A DNA stretch of 64,000 bases from Marsupella aquatica (lineage: Eukaryota; Plantae; Marchantiophyta). The stretch is taken from positions 2,914,001-2,978,000 of the forward strand of contig OZ316896.1 of assembly GCA_973895155.1 (NCBI GenBank), written 5' to 3'. Both the position numbers and the translations under genes were made by a program. A model generated the notes under the pieces. That model had not been told where the DNA came from. It searched no databases and saw only the letters and a program-made list of their open reading frames with translations. Below are positions 1-13,274 of this stretch, one piece after another (position 1 is the stretch's first letter; every line of letters starts with the position of its first letter).

Positions 1-1384
1 GGACATAAAACAATTACTGTAGCTAATTTTTGCTAAAAGTGGCTGATCCTTTCTGCAGAGGTAGAATCTAGCAAAGCTTTGCCACTAAAAAAAAATGCTG
101 GGAATCACATGAGCCTTGGCAAAATTAAGATTGTTACATATACAACTTGCTATACATTGCATTTATAAAGTCTCAACAAGGATATCTTGCCTTGCAAAAG
201 TAGTTCCCTGAAGAGATTCTAAAAACAGTTTCATTTTCATTTTCATTTTCAGACTGATTTGTCTGGATATTTCAGGAGGGACAAAATCAACCAAGATATT
301 TTTTATGATTGAAAAGTAACTGTTGCGAAACACAAAGCAGAAGGGCCAAGTAATAATCACAATTGCTTTCCTCCAACATTTGTTCAACTTGTGATTTCTA
401 CCACATAAATTTAGTCTTAATCACTTACAAACTTTAAGGAATAAAAAGTAAGTTCTAAGTAACCCTACAGAATTCCTACCACACTCATCTTTAGTTGTTT
501 GGACCATCACCCTAAAGCATCCACCCTAAAGCACGTTAAAAAAAATCCTCCAAGCATAGTGTTTGAAGGCATGATGATCTTTATATTGCCATATACAGTA
601 TGCCATCATGTTTGGCTCCCATATTATATGTCTCAAAAGAACGTCACAACTACTTCCCCAGTGACTGAAGTCTAAGATTTGTATAATGGGATTATCATAT
701 CTTTCATCACTTCTATTTATGTAGAAAGTACAGTCGCTTGACATGTGATTGGTCTCTTGAAGTTACAAGTATCTGGCCATGTATATATCACAGTGCCTGA
801 GGGCAAAAAATGCTGAACCAGGAGATATGACCCCAAAGGCAAAGCAACCCGATGAATGGGAGGAAGAGAGGGAAAGGGCCATGTTCTTTTGAGAGCAAAA
901 TTTGCATGAATTGAGATGATAGCAAGATACGTCAGCAAACGTAGAGCAATACAACAAAATAGTTGCCGATTAAGTGGGGTTTGATACAAAATGTTTCCAA
1001 TTCAATTTGGAAAACACTACCAGCAATCTATTTGCAGAACTTGTTATGTCAAAATTATGGCTAGCAAATGGGCACAATGATGGATGGATTTTTGTCAATA
1101 TGCCCCCCCCAAAATAATGGACAGCAACGTGAGACATTCATGCTATTCTGCAACCAGATTTTAAGAACGTGGATCAATAAGAATTTCTAAATGTCAATGG
1201 TCCCTCTAGTGCTGTACACTCAACCTGCTTACATGGGATGTTATGGGGCCTCAATTGGAGGTTTTGAAACTCTGAGGAAGTTGTATGAGAAAATACATTT
1301 GAGAACTGGATCCACATAAATTCATGCTGTTCCCCAAAAACGTCACTCTTCCAACTCTGATCACTAGAGATTTTGTGAAAATTG

Positions 1385-2383
1385 TCATTCTCTACCAAAA
1401 GGCACCATGTTACAATTTTCTTTAAGCCACTGGTTCCTTGGCGTGGCAACACTAATCATCTTGCTGTGATTTATCATCACGTGCTCAGGTGACCAATCGA
1501 ACTGCCTGTCTGAACTAGAGCCTGATCTAAGAGACATCTCTTCGAGCTCACAATTCTCATCTATTCTGGAGAAACACGTACAATTACCGTTAACATCACT
1601 CCTTGGAATAACCATGGAGTCCATACACATCCCATTGTAGTCTAGGCATTGATTGTTATCGTACTGAAGCTGCCTGGCAGCTTGTGGGTGGATGGTTTCT
1701 AATGGCGTCCTTGTGGTTTGAGGAGGATGAACTTTTTGTTGGATGTCTTCACAATATAGTTGTGAGTCTTGTCCGTCTTTACGATCTTGCAATGCTTGAA
1801 GTTGTTGACTTGCATGGACAATATTTTGGTGAAGGTTTTCTTGAATTTTCTCAAGTGTGGCAGAGAATAGTTCGTTGCTCATATAATGCTCGTCGTCAAT
1901 GAGAGGGAATTCTTCCAAACCTCTCAATTGATTCAATTGCTCTTTCGTCATTATGTTTGTGTCCGAATGCTGATTTGCAAGGGCATTTCCAGAATCCCAC
2001 TCGAAGCAAGGACATGCCCATCGATATTTAGGGCTAGGAGAGCCACTGTTGGGTCTCTGCGTTGCAATTTCTTTCCTTTGTGGAGTACTAGGACGAATTT
2101 TGGATGCATGCTCTCGTTTGTTTGGTAGGCAGCTTGAAGAACTTGTACACTTACTTGTGGGTGACTTGAAGAGAGGGACCTCTTTCCTCAACTTATGGCT
2201 TTCTGAAAGCTCCACCCGGGCTTGATAGAGCCAGTCACCCAATTCTGAGAGAGCCAGTCCATTTTGCACCCTTTGTTGGACCCATTTCTGGAGATAAGTC
2301 TTGCCTTTGAACTGAGGGGAATTGAGAACCATTTGCACCATTTGTAGAACTCCTACTGCTGCATGAAGGTTGTACTTTGACAC
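1385..2383 (-). CDS. Hypothetical protein ORF or internal exon (332 aa), function unknown
   Basis: 1-kb open frame. It starts at a non-ATG codon, but the frame stays open upstream to a possible acceptor cag|GGT at ~2433. A helical-looking N-terminal part is followed by an S/P/Q-rich low-complexity region. No motif recognised. Confidence 0.4.
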   Translation of the reverse strand: MSKYNLHAAVGVLQMVQMVLNSPQFKGKTYLQKWVQQRVQNGLALSELGDWLYQARVELSESHKLRKEVPLFKSPTSKCTSSSSCLPNKREHASKIRPSTPQRKEIATQRPNSGSPSPKYRWACPCFEWDSGNALANQHSDTNIMTKEQLNQLRGLEEFPLIDDEHYMSNELFSATLEKIQENLHQNIVHASQQLQALQDRKDGQDSQLYCEDIQQKVHPPQTTRTPLETIHPQAARQLQYDNNQCLDYNGMCMDSMVIPRSDVNGNCTCFSRIDENCELEEMSLRSGSSSDRQFDWSPEHVMINHSKMISVATPRNQWLKENCNMVPFGRE

Positions 2384-5241
2384 CAGCCTCCCTCTTTTCG
2401 GCGTGCGCTTGTTTCCTCCGAATACACATTTACCCTGAGGACCCCATCCTTCTTTTGATCATAAATGACCTAAAAACTGTCTCCATAGCGCTAGATTTGC
2501 CATATAAGAAATTATACTTCAAGCTGTGCTCCAAGTATTATACTTCAGTTAGAATCCCATGATTCACGGAGATCTGCACTGCTAGCTTCTTCGGTAATGT
2601 CCTCTGCCGTGCTCCTTAGACGTGCTTATTGACACGGGTACTGATATTGGTGATTCGTGAACATTGACCAGGCCAAATCTATCAAGCCAGCGAAATTAAG
2701 GCTCCAGAATCCAGAATCATATCGAACTTCCTCAGACCTAAGAACAGAAAACAGAAACGGTGACCAACAATAAATCTGACAGGCAGTGCATGGAATAAGT
2801 TGTCAGCAAGTAAAACTTCCTCCATAGATTACTGATGCGACAATTACGAAATGGAATTGATCAGAGGACAATGTTCCCACCAAGTCGAACAGAGTCCTAC
2901 CCGTTGAGTGGATTTGACGAGGAAAATAGAATGTAAGCTTGCATTGGCTTGCAAGAGAGCTTTCTACCATGATTCATCTATGCTTGCGATCTATGTAAGT
3001 TGATTTACAATCTTGATTTCTTTGTCAATGTTATTGCATCTAAGCGAACAAGAAATCAAATTCACAGGAGGTATTGATTGCAAGCTCTTAATCTTGGGGA
3101 GTTGATATGTAGAGTGCACCTTGTTGAGTATTTGGTGTTGTTTTGATCCAATTTTGTACTTTAGATAGGCTGTACCAGTTGACTAGTTTTCGAAGTGGTA
3201 TGGGAAGAGAGCTTCGATCCAACTTGTAACTAGGAAGAAAGCTGCTTGGACTACTAGAACCTTAGGTTCATAAGTGCTTCTTCACCTTGTCCTATGGATT
3301 CGGCAGTGTACTAATTTACCCCACACACCCTGGGATGAAGGTTACACGTATGATGGGAAACATCCCTACCATCCTTTTTTCACCTTTCTTAACCGTCTCT
3401 CTCCCCTTCTTTCCTTCATCCTTGCAATCTCACCCTAAATCTGTGCAGCCTTTCCCTTCTCAATTGTCTACAATCAATCAAAACTGGGTAGTCACTATTA
3501 CACCCTATTAATCAGGGTAGAATGGGACATATCCCGAGCACCAATTAGACCCTGATTCAGAGGGCAAGCAGTCTCTCAACACGAACAAGTCTGGTAGCAA
3601 TAAATTGTGACTGGTATTGAAGGATGATAACTGCTGGTAGACTGTGTTCTGTGTTTGCAAGAGTAGACTTAAATGCCTGCCAAACAAAACATAAAATGAA
3701 GGTAGCACTCGATCAAATGGTCATTAGTCCCTCATCACCTTTGTCTAATGATTTGCTCTGTTTCTCAATGAGCTGACCTTGGCCCATTAAACATCCGCAG
3801 TATGAAATCATGAACTAGGTCGTGGACCAACTCCTTTTCTTTCTATACAGCTCTCCAAAATGAAGGATGAACATTGGAATTTTCTTGCAACCAGCTTTAA
3901 GCCGTCCAGCTCCTCCCTAGACAGAGTAGATGCTTGTCTCAAAGCCATTTCACGGTCACACAGAGCATGCCATCTTGATATCCGGGCGTGGTCATAGTAT
4001 TGACCGCAAACGAGCTGATCGACCATGGATTCGCTCCGCAAAGCCGCAAGCTGCAGCCAGCAAAGAGGATCGAGGAGGACAATAAAGACTACTGAACACT
4101 ATTCTTGTCAAGAAGGGCCCCTCAACCAAATTCTATCGAGTGTGCCACGATCAGAGGGGTTGAACTTGTAAGGGGAATCTGGGTTGCACCTCACAAGTAA
4201 CAGTAACGGCACTCTGTTATCTTTGCGCGTTAGTAGAGTATTGCCCAACTAAGCCTAAGATTACAGTCACTTTTGATCCTGGACTAGCCGAGGATTACAG
4301 TTACCTCACTCATTCACTGTCGCCATTCCGAGCTCAATAGTTTGAGGGAGGGCTATCGGTGGACCTCTTCAATTTACTTCATTACTTTGAGGATGGCTAA
4401 TCTTTGAATTGATTTTCCTGTTGTAATTTAGAGCCAGAGTGCACGAGTCGGGCTTGCTGTTGCCAACAAATGGAACCTGAGAAACTTGAGAAAGCATTCT
4501 ATCTGATCCATATAACCGAGTTCAAGAGCAGGGAGTTTAATGCCTTGATGCCTTCGGCACACCGGGGCGTTAGTTTGCTGGACAAACGTAGTATGACCAA
4601 GCAAGGATATGCAACTAATGACAGGAATTCTTGACCGACATATATAAATCAGAGTACGTATCAAAATCGATTGGCTCAACCTTATCGACAAGTTGGTGCA
4701 CGAATCGTAGTCATTTGATATTCCCTAAAGTCTGCAATTGAGTGACTTTGAATCTCTTGGTTACAATCCTGATAACGATAATTTGTTAGCTGTCGGTGGA
4801 TTTTAGTCTCGATGACTGAGAGTTTGCACTCTACGGCTGACAGAGGGTAGACTGAAGATCGACCAATTCGAGAGTGTTGGAACAATACATAATTGGTCAG
4901 TCTGAAAGGCACTCTGATACTACTCAAACTGGATAGACCGCCTATCAAACAAGTAAACTTTGGTATTCTTGGCAATCTCGCCCCGTGCTCAGGAGAATCA
5001 AGGCCCAAACGTCCAATCCGGAATCTATTCAAAACGAGTAAAATTAGTCGCGAGTCATGTATCACTATGGTACTTCTGGAATGACTGCTGCTCTTCCGCC
5101 GTGAAGTCTCATTCTGTACAGGCAGGCCGAGAAATTACCCCACAGAATTCTGCAAGGGCTGATGCAGTGGGCTGATCAAGGCTGATTTCTCTCGATCTAC
5201 CGAAATTGATTGGCCAGCGAGTTCTCTCAAACTACAAGCTA

Positions 5242-6072
5242 CTACACACGATTCATTGGAGAAGAAGTTGCAGAGCCTCGATTGGGGCTCATCTGAGACA
5301 TTGCATTGCTAATACCACGATTAGGACTACGATAAAGCGGAGAGGTAGCCGGCGTCGGCGTAGGTGAGAGACTTGCTTCGTAGAAGGGATTTCCGCGGGC
5401 GTTTTTAACTTGCAGGAGAAGATCTGCGCTGGAGTCCTTGTTGCCATTCTTCCCCAGCAGAAACTCTCTATCGCCATTCTTCTTCAGCGTGGTTAGCGTG
5501 GCCGTCGCGGTCGCAGAAACTAGCGTGGTCTTGCCGCTGATGAGAGCAAACCCGATCCCGTTCCTGGCATGCGGGGCGAAAGCGAAGTACATCCCCACGA
5601 TGATACCAACGAGAAGAGGAATCGTCTTGATAAGTGTTGGCGAAAGATGAGAGTAGAAGCAGGTGATGATAGGAGACGTGAGCAATGCGAGCGCACTGAA
5701 TACGATGAGGTTCAGAATTCCGTTGACAATGTCGAATACGTTGAGGATATATTTGCCTGTACCGTCGTCGTAGATCATGCCCACCACATTTTGGAGACCA
5801 GAGGACGGAAACTGAGGATTGAAGAGCCCCTTACAGGTCACAAATCCGTAGTAAACCTTGCCACTCGAGGTCGTGACGCTGTCAGTGAAATTTAGTGCGA
5901 AGCAGATGAACTCGAAGATGCCAATGAGCACGCTTGTCACGATCTTCTCCACTTGCCCACAACTCCCGTTGTTGGTGAAAAGAGGGGCAAGCGTCTGGAA
6001 CGCCAGGTAAGTCCCGGTTGGAAGCAAGTTCGAGAGATTACTAACAATATCCGCGCCAGTGGTCGTCGTCAT
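5242..6072 (-). CDS. DMP: DUF679 / DMP family membrane protein (276 aa) with long C-terminal tail
   Basis: Family motifs NLSNLLPTGT..FQ.L.P..TNNG.C, FTDS...GKVYYG..T..GL, CFY and P..RNGIG. Four hydrophobic segments. Intronless ORF from ATG to stop. Confidence 0.93.
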   Translation of the reverse strand: MTTTTGADIVSNLSNLLPTGTYLAFQTLAPLFTNNGSCGQVEKIVTSVLIGIFEFICFALNFTDSVTTSSGKVYYGFVTCKGLFNPQFPSSGLQNVVGMIYDDGTGKYILNVFDIVNGILNLIVFSALALLTSPIITCFYSHLSPTLIKTIPLLVGIIVGMYFAFAPHARNGIGFALISGKTTLVSATATATLTTLKKNGDREFLLGKNGNKDSSADLLLQVKNARGNPFYEASLSPTPTPATSPLYRSPNRGISNAMSQMSPNRGSATSSPMNRV

Positions 6073-8669
6073 CTCGAAAACCTCTTACAATCCAGAGTAC
6101 GTGGCTCAGCTACTGCAACACTTCGAAGGTCGAAGAATTCTCCATAAAGAATCAATCAACGACGCCTTTCCGCTCAATCCTGTGTCCTGCTCCAGGTTCC
6201 AGCTTAGACTAACTGTACGAAAGCTACAGACTGGATCATAGGGCTCAACATTCCTAGCAATTAAGACTTGCAGAGACTATCACCTGAACGAATTCTAGTT
6301 TCGAACATCTTGTAGGCACTAACGGGACTAAAATCAACTGCGGCTTCCGAAATCATCTAACACTCCATTCGGCCAGTTTAACTTCAATTCGCAGCTGAAA
6401 TCACGAACTGATTTCACTACCGCTTCGATGGATATATGATATCCGAGAATTTGGACCAGCACTTCCACTGGACAATAAGCCAATGATGCCTGCAAAAGTC
6501 GAAGTTTCAAACCATGAATTGCAGGAGACACGCAATGAACTAGCTCGAGCTAGTATTCGCTCAATCGACAATCGCATATATAGCTCCGGATAGTTGATAG
6601 AGAGACCACAAATTGTGATGTGTAGGAAGTTGGGGAAAGGGACCAGTACCGGTTCAGAGGCTCATACCAAAATATCGTCAAATGAATCACTATCTGCTAG
6701 AATATAGAGGACATCTGTAACTTCCGATTCTGAATTTGACAGTAGGTTGACGAGGACGAGCTCAAGCTATTGTCGCGTTCATTGAGGTGAGGACGTGGGG
6801 TGACGAACTCCTATTCAATTGATACCCAAGGGAAGCTGAGAGGGATCAAAGTTGACGTCACAATCACACTAAGGACATGAATACCGAAGTTCTGTCTGAG
6901 AGCTGGACTAGCTTAACAAAGAGGGACTCGATCTAGCCCGTGGCGCTTAACCGTGCTGTCTACTTCCACAACGAAGGGAGAATCCACTCACTACTCTGTT
7001 GGAATGGGGATCCACGGAGGGGCTTCAAAGAGCTTCAGGTACAGCAGTCCAGACTTTGCGGAGCTACTAGAAAAGGTAAAAATAATATTCCTTGGATAAC
7101 TGTCTCGACTCGGAGGATCCCACGAAGGCGTGTGAGATTCTGCAATTCAATGCTGTGTTCATGGATCACTCGGGCCAGATACACACCCATATATAAGCCA
7201 GGGTGTTTAGGGAGCAGACCGGAACTAGGCCCATTATTTTTTTAGTTGTGCCTTTGATTGAACCGCTTAGTTTATCTAACGATGATGTGCAAACGTGTAA
7301 GACTGGCAAAGGCCGGGAGAGAGTTGATAGGAAAGTAAGTTCCCCTTGGACATTAGTATGACGGTGAACTTAAGTCGACCAGGACCTGAAACCCTCCACG
7401 ACCGGATGGACCTACATGTCGCCATCAGTTTCTGCTCAGTAATATAATAAGCCACCTTTATATTTGGCGGTTGTGTCACGGGAGGTGATGCTGTCGACAC
7501 AGGAGCCCTTTTCCAGAAGTTCCAAAGGTACCTCCTGAAGTACAAGTTGAGGGACTGTCTGGCCTCTAGTCCTGAAGAAGCTCATGCTGCAGAGCCGAGG
7601 CATCTACAACTCTGGGTTCTAGTGAACAACGCATGGGACGGCCTACATCCTGACGCTGTTAAAAATAAGCAGGACCCCAATTTGTACCCAGCACATTTTG
7701 ACCAACCTTTTCCCGCAGTTCAATTAAGACCTCCGCAAATTCAATTCGGAAGTTGAGAAGCAAGCTGCTCATCTCACTGAATCAAAAAATAATGTCAAGA
7801 ATGTCCACTAGTCCGTCCATGCGGTGAAGTGTCAGAGAATCGTGGCCTGTTGACTCCAATGTCCCTTGTGCATGGATGATCCTGTCTGGGCAACTTCTCC
7901 TTTCCTTAGAGAGGTCCCGGGGCAACAAATTAACACGCAAGCTCCACAATTGAAAGGACTTAGTCCCCAACCTTTTTCACTCAAAGCTGCGTTTACCCAC
8001 CAGTTCATTAATTTCGTCGACATACCGTCGTGCTTGCCATTGAAGAGAAAATGTGCATGTCAGTGGATAAGTACAGTATACTAGTGAGAAAATGCAATGG
8101 AGCTACAGCCCGCCTTCCCCGAGAAAGAAGCTCATAACAGAGACACGCTCGGGGTAGACCATTCCTCATTTGCTCGCTTTGGATCCTCTTTCTCTGGCCC
8201 TGTAGCATTTCGATTTCATACATATGTAATTGGGTATCGTGCGATTGAAATGTACCGGACTAGTGTCTTATTAGAGTTCTCGGGCTTGGGAAAGTGTGGA
8301 CTGTGGATGTTCCGATCTTACTTTAATTCTAAGCTGCGCTGAAGGATCCCACTGATTGTAGGCTGGCATAGACCCTGGCACTTCACTGTTGCGATGCTAT
8401 GGCCAATGTAAGAGGCTGAGATCGATCCAAAGCAATCCAAGTAAGCTAAGCCCTTAAATGTGTCGTAAAGACTTCGATATCGGAGCCTAAAGCACTCGAG
8501 GACACGATTGAGGTCACACCGACTTGAGTGCTCTCAAAGGTAGTGATGAATGGATTGTTGATTTCGGACGTGCCGTGAAGCAAGGAGCCGGCCAGGCGTG
8601 CAGAGGCCCTCGATAATTCTGTGGCAAATCCTATGGGGCCCCACAGTCATCTCTATTTGTTCCGAGCCT

Positions 8670-8994
8670 GAGGGCTAGGTTCCATGGGGCTGGGAGTAAG
8701 GAGTACTGGTACTGTCATAATTTTTAAGCCAATAATATTACAGCTTTTCGAGGGACTGAGGGGTGTACAAATACTATAGTAGGGAATATGATTTTCCCTC
8801 ACACTCCTTGTTAAACTTCAAGGTACCCCCTGCCCCTCTATATGAACAGTATAGGGCATTCTCATTGGCTCCTGAGTCAAAACTCATACATTTAAAATAC
8901 GGTGTACAACTTGGCATATGGTGTATTTGGACCCCAGGGGGTGTCAGAGGGAGTGATCGTACTCCCTGCCCCTGGCCCATGGAACCTGGCCCTG
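8670..8994. mobile_element. MITE with ~37-bp terminal inverted repeats (hAT-like CAGGG end)
   Basis: Left arm gagggctaggttccatggggctgggagtaaggagtac matches the reverse complement of the right arm, cagggccaggttccatgggccaggggcagggagtac. Flanks cgagcct/agagccc may be a decayed TSD. Confidence 0.6.
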
Positions 8995-9103
8995 AGAGCC
9001 CAATAAACAGGGGCAGGGAAAGACCCCAAGAAGACCAAAGAGGCCCAACAAGTCAAGAGACTAAGAAGTAAACAAAAAACCAGTAAACTGAGAGCCAGTG
9101 GTG

Positions 9104-9303
9104 GAATGTCACCAGAGCCTTAACAAAAAGGTGTTCTCAGACTAGGTATTTTCTCCTCATAGGGGGTCTTAACCTCAAAATTTAATGGACCTTAACTTAG
9201 GCCTGAATGTGACCACAGCCTTACAAATTGGTGTTCTCAAACTAGGTATTTGCTCCTAATAGGGGGTCTTAAAACTGAAAATTTAATGGACCTTAACTTA
9301 GGC
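9104..9303. repeat. Tandem duplication, ~100-bp unit x2
   Basis: gaatgt..cca.agcctt..ggtgttctca.actaggtattt.ctcct.atagggggtcttaa..aaatttaatggaccttaacttaggc occurs twice in succession. Confidence 0.85.
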
Positions 9304-12300
9304 TCAACTTGCATGTGAACAGGCTTATGTTTTAAGGCCCTAAAACTATAAGATACCATCATCTGATTCACTTAGACTTTCAGGCTATTAGCCCCTGGTG
9401 ATGCAGGCGTGATGGCATATTTTGGGGCAAACCAAGGGCCAGGGCCGCAACCCTTCCAGCCCTTGAAGGTTCCAACCTCTGAATGCTAATAAACCAAAAT
9501 GTGTCCTGTGTAGTCTGTAGTGCAACAGTGGGCAATGACAAAGACTGATTGAATGCAAGGGCACCCCAAGAGCACAAGCAATCATCACACGTAGCAGCGA
9601 CAAGAGCTGCCTTTTGCCAAAAACTTTGCAAGTGCTTAGGGCTGATTTCTCCACGGCTCCATTCGTGCAAGTTGGGTCTTACTATTTAAGGTTACAGCAG
9701 AGGAAGTTATGGACTACCAAATCAGAATGAATAATTTTTTGCCATAAAGATTGGTCATATGCCATGATCACAAGTCAGTGTGATGGCTATTGAAAAAAAA
9801 CTTTTGCACAACCCTGTGAAAAGCTATGGCCATTTTTTTCCCAAAAGCCATCATCCGCAACTTTGAAGCTTGAGACACCCTAAGAGTAACCAAACACATA
9901 ATCTTTGGAGAAGTTCTAATGCTTTGTGTATTAAGAAGCAATTTTGCAACAACCTTTGGGGAGAAAATGAAAAGAAGCTGGCCAGGGACCCTCTTGTTTC
10001 TGGAGTTTGTGGTCTTGACTAGTGGCTTACATAAGATGTGAGCGAATGTGACAAACATTCTTGGTAAGATTCACTTGTGGAGAACTGCCACAGATCTTTA
10101 GAATGACATTTACTCTTCAGTGCCTCTCCATACCACGAGGTAGACAATGCATGTGGGCAGTTGTGGACTTTGAAGGGAACTCAAAGTGTATTCAGCTCAA
10201 AACAGATGTTCTTGTTTTTCCTCTGGAGTGATTACTTAGGGAGCTGTAAGGCTACCAATGAAGTAGCCATTTTAGTAATATTATTTTTAGATTCCTCACA
10301 ATAAGGATCACCCTGCTAGAATAGTAGTTGATTTTCCAACTAACATCATACCCACTCCATGATTGCACCAACCTACCAGGTTATAATGCAACCAACTGCT
10401 GCCTTCACAAACAAAATAAACATTGCCTTATTAGGAGGCGAGACTTAGTAGTACAAAAAATCTGAACTTTGAATTTCTATCCCAAGACTAAGCAAGTGTC
10501 ACACTGAACTTTCCTCATTTCCTTCTCAGCTTACGTCTCACCTTGAAAAGTAACTAGAATTATTTACAATGGCAATTTCCTCGTATGCACACAAACTCAA
10601 CAAACTAATATCTTAGACATCTTCCTTTGGTGCCTCCAACCACTGACATAAGATGGCGCGAACCAGGATGTTGCCACACTTTAAGGAGCCACATTTATTG
10701 AAGGCAATACTTAGACGTGGAATAACAATCACAAGTCTCCTCTTCAGAGTATAAAGTCTCGAGGCAAACCTAATAAAACAAAGAGTACACGCCTGGAACA
10801 CCCCTCTGCTCCTCTCCCTTGTGTACACTCTATGTGTGCTTCCACTCAGGCAATATATATCCACTTAGTGGTGGCAGTTGTCGTATTGAAATTAAAAACT
10901 TTTCCCATTCCTAATTAAGCCCAAATAATTCAAGTCAATGCTCAGCCTGAATCTGTTCGACAACTATCCCTTTTTACAAACTAACCTGGTAGAAAGAAAC
11001 CTTCAAGCAAGCAGCAAAGTGCCAAACATCGTTGGAAAGGAAATGTGTGTTGAGTGATCCAAGCAACGTGCTGTGTAGATAGGAAGGTCAGGAAAACCTT
11101 GAATGGGGAAACCTGTTGACTTCTCAGACTCTACGAGAGATTTTGTTTGGTATCTTCTCGTCAATTGTTTCCTTGTCTACCCTTGCACGCATCTTTCCAG
11201 CTTTTCCCCTCAGAAAACTTGTACAGTAGGTTTCTCGGTTGGAAGATACACATACAATTGCAACTTTTTGTCTCCAGTGTGCAATTGATATTCTTTTAGA
11301 CAGGATGAGGTCATTCGACACCTTCAAGCCAAATGGCACATGGAGCGAAACGGGACAGCTGTTGGGACATTATGGTCGCCTTGCACACGCCTCTTTTAAT
11401 CCAGGCGGGAATTCAGGCCAGTGAATAAGCACAACCCTTCAATCAGCACATATGATAATTGTTTTCCCTCTCGAAGAGAAGCCTGCACTTCCCTTTCGTT
11501 GTGTGTTGAAATAATTTCTTTTGGCTTTTTCCTCTTTGGTCTTTCTTTCACACTGCTTGAACACTTCAGCTTCATCCATCCATCCAGCCTTACCTTTCCG
11601 AATATTCAGTTCACTCAAACTGTGAGATTGACAATCATTTGGTTTAATTTTGACTCCCTGACATGCAGCACCCTCACTCGGCAACAGAAGTCATGATATT
11701 GAATCGACAGCTCTCAAATTCGAAACCCTTTGGTTTTTGGGACAATTTCGTGTGTTCCCCAAACGAAAAAATGACGTTCCCGAACTTTGAGATATGTTAC
11801 TTTGGGGTTATGCTGAGCCTGGTTTAATAATGGACGTCTTAGGACTTACTGGACGAAGTAAAATAGGATTCCCACATTACTGTTTTTCTTATAACTATGC
11901 CAAACGATATCAGTATGGAGTTTGATTTTTGTCGAATTGGATCTTACAGTCAACGCTGGCAACTAGCATAATTCTTCCTGGAGTCAAGAGACGAAGTCGT
12001 TTACAACCTCGCTCAGGATGGGTGCCACGTTAACATTCTCTATGCCAGCCTCCTCCTAGAGTTGCTGTACTATGAAGTGGGCAGTACCGAGCTTCCCTCG
12101 TGATGTCTGTCTCGTGCAGTCCGAGATGTCTGCTTAGAAACAACAAATCATGAGTGCTGGATGTCATGGCCCAATCAACGCAATGCACGTTCTTCTGGCA
12201 GCCTAGGACGGTGCAAACAAATGATTGCTGTCTTGGCCCTTACATCATTGAGCTACGGTAATGACCACATCCAACTCTAGGCCTCATTACTCAGAGCAAT

Positions 12301-12833
12301 GAATTTTGAGGTTCCTTGTGACAGCAACTAACTACCCAGCAACTACCTATCGCTTGCATTGCATCGACTCCCTGCCTGAGCCGCCTTGACTGTTTCTTTG
12401 TGCATGCGGTAAAGATTTTCGTAGATTGGAAAACAGAGTCGTACTGGACAAAGTGAGAACGCTCCTATTTGTTGGGGATAAGTTCCTTGCGGCCAGTAAA
12501 CTGGCTTACTTGCAAGTACACAGACGCATCTTCAAGCCTTCCGAAGAGTAATCCAACTGAATCCGCTATTCAGCTTGAAAGAGATTCATTTTATCCAGAT
12601 CAATGGCTGTTGCTTATCCAAATTGATAGCTTGGCTTTGAAGTAAAGGCCAGACGAGAGCAGAGCTGGAATCAAACTTCTTTCAAGTTATTAGCATAGCA
12701 GTCATCGAATGAAAGATATCCATGCATGCGTAACATAGTTGAGGCTTTGGACCCGCGCTCGGGCTGGCACTTTGCATACTCAAAGCTCTCAAAGGTCCCA
12801 AAATTAAAATTCAACGGGTCCATTTGCTGTTGA

Positions 12834-13274
12834 AGCGCGCTAGGGAGAACGTCTACGGTAGAGGGGCAAATTAAATAAGGCTGGGAGTATTTTCGAGAAA
12901 GGGTAGCATCCAAAGAAATATATTTCACATGACTAGCCCAATTACCCGTTCTTTGAACGTAAATAATACAATAAAAAATTATCAAAATATATTTTTTATC
13001 CATATTCTTTGAAAGTTAATGAAATGATAAACAAAATTTATCATTTTAATAATCATATATAATATACACTTTTACTTTATGTGCACATGAGAATTTTTTT
13101 AATGCACATATGTTATGGTGGAGCTATAGTGCATATAGAAATTATCAAGGAAAACTGGTATGTACATACATCATGTCATGAGTTTCTCCCATGTACATGA
13201 TGAACATAGAGTCCATAGAGTTCCAGTCTAGAGACTAAACCTAGGCTCTTAAAGTAGATTTGAGTTAGCGCGCT
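12834..13274. mobile_element. Non-autonomous TIR element with TTAA-type flanks and AG..CT termini (Kolobok-like signature)
   Basis: ttga|agcgcgcta ... tagcgcgct|ttaa encloses an AT-rich body. The body recurs, diverged, at ~34795-35145. Confidence 0.5.

Noticed and set aside
9500-10150. Possible degraded transposase (KAMAIFFPKAIIR on +; Cys cluster on -)
   Set aside because: Many stops and no convincing catalytic motif. The family cannot be assigned by eye.
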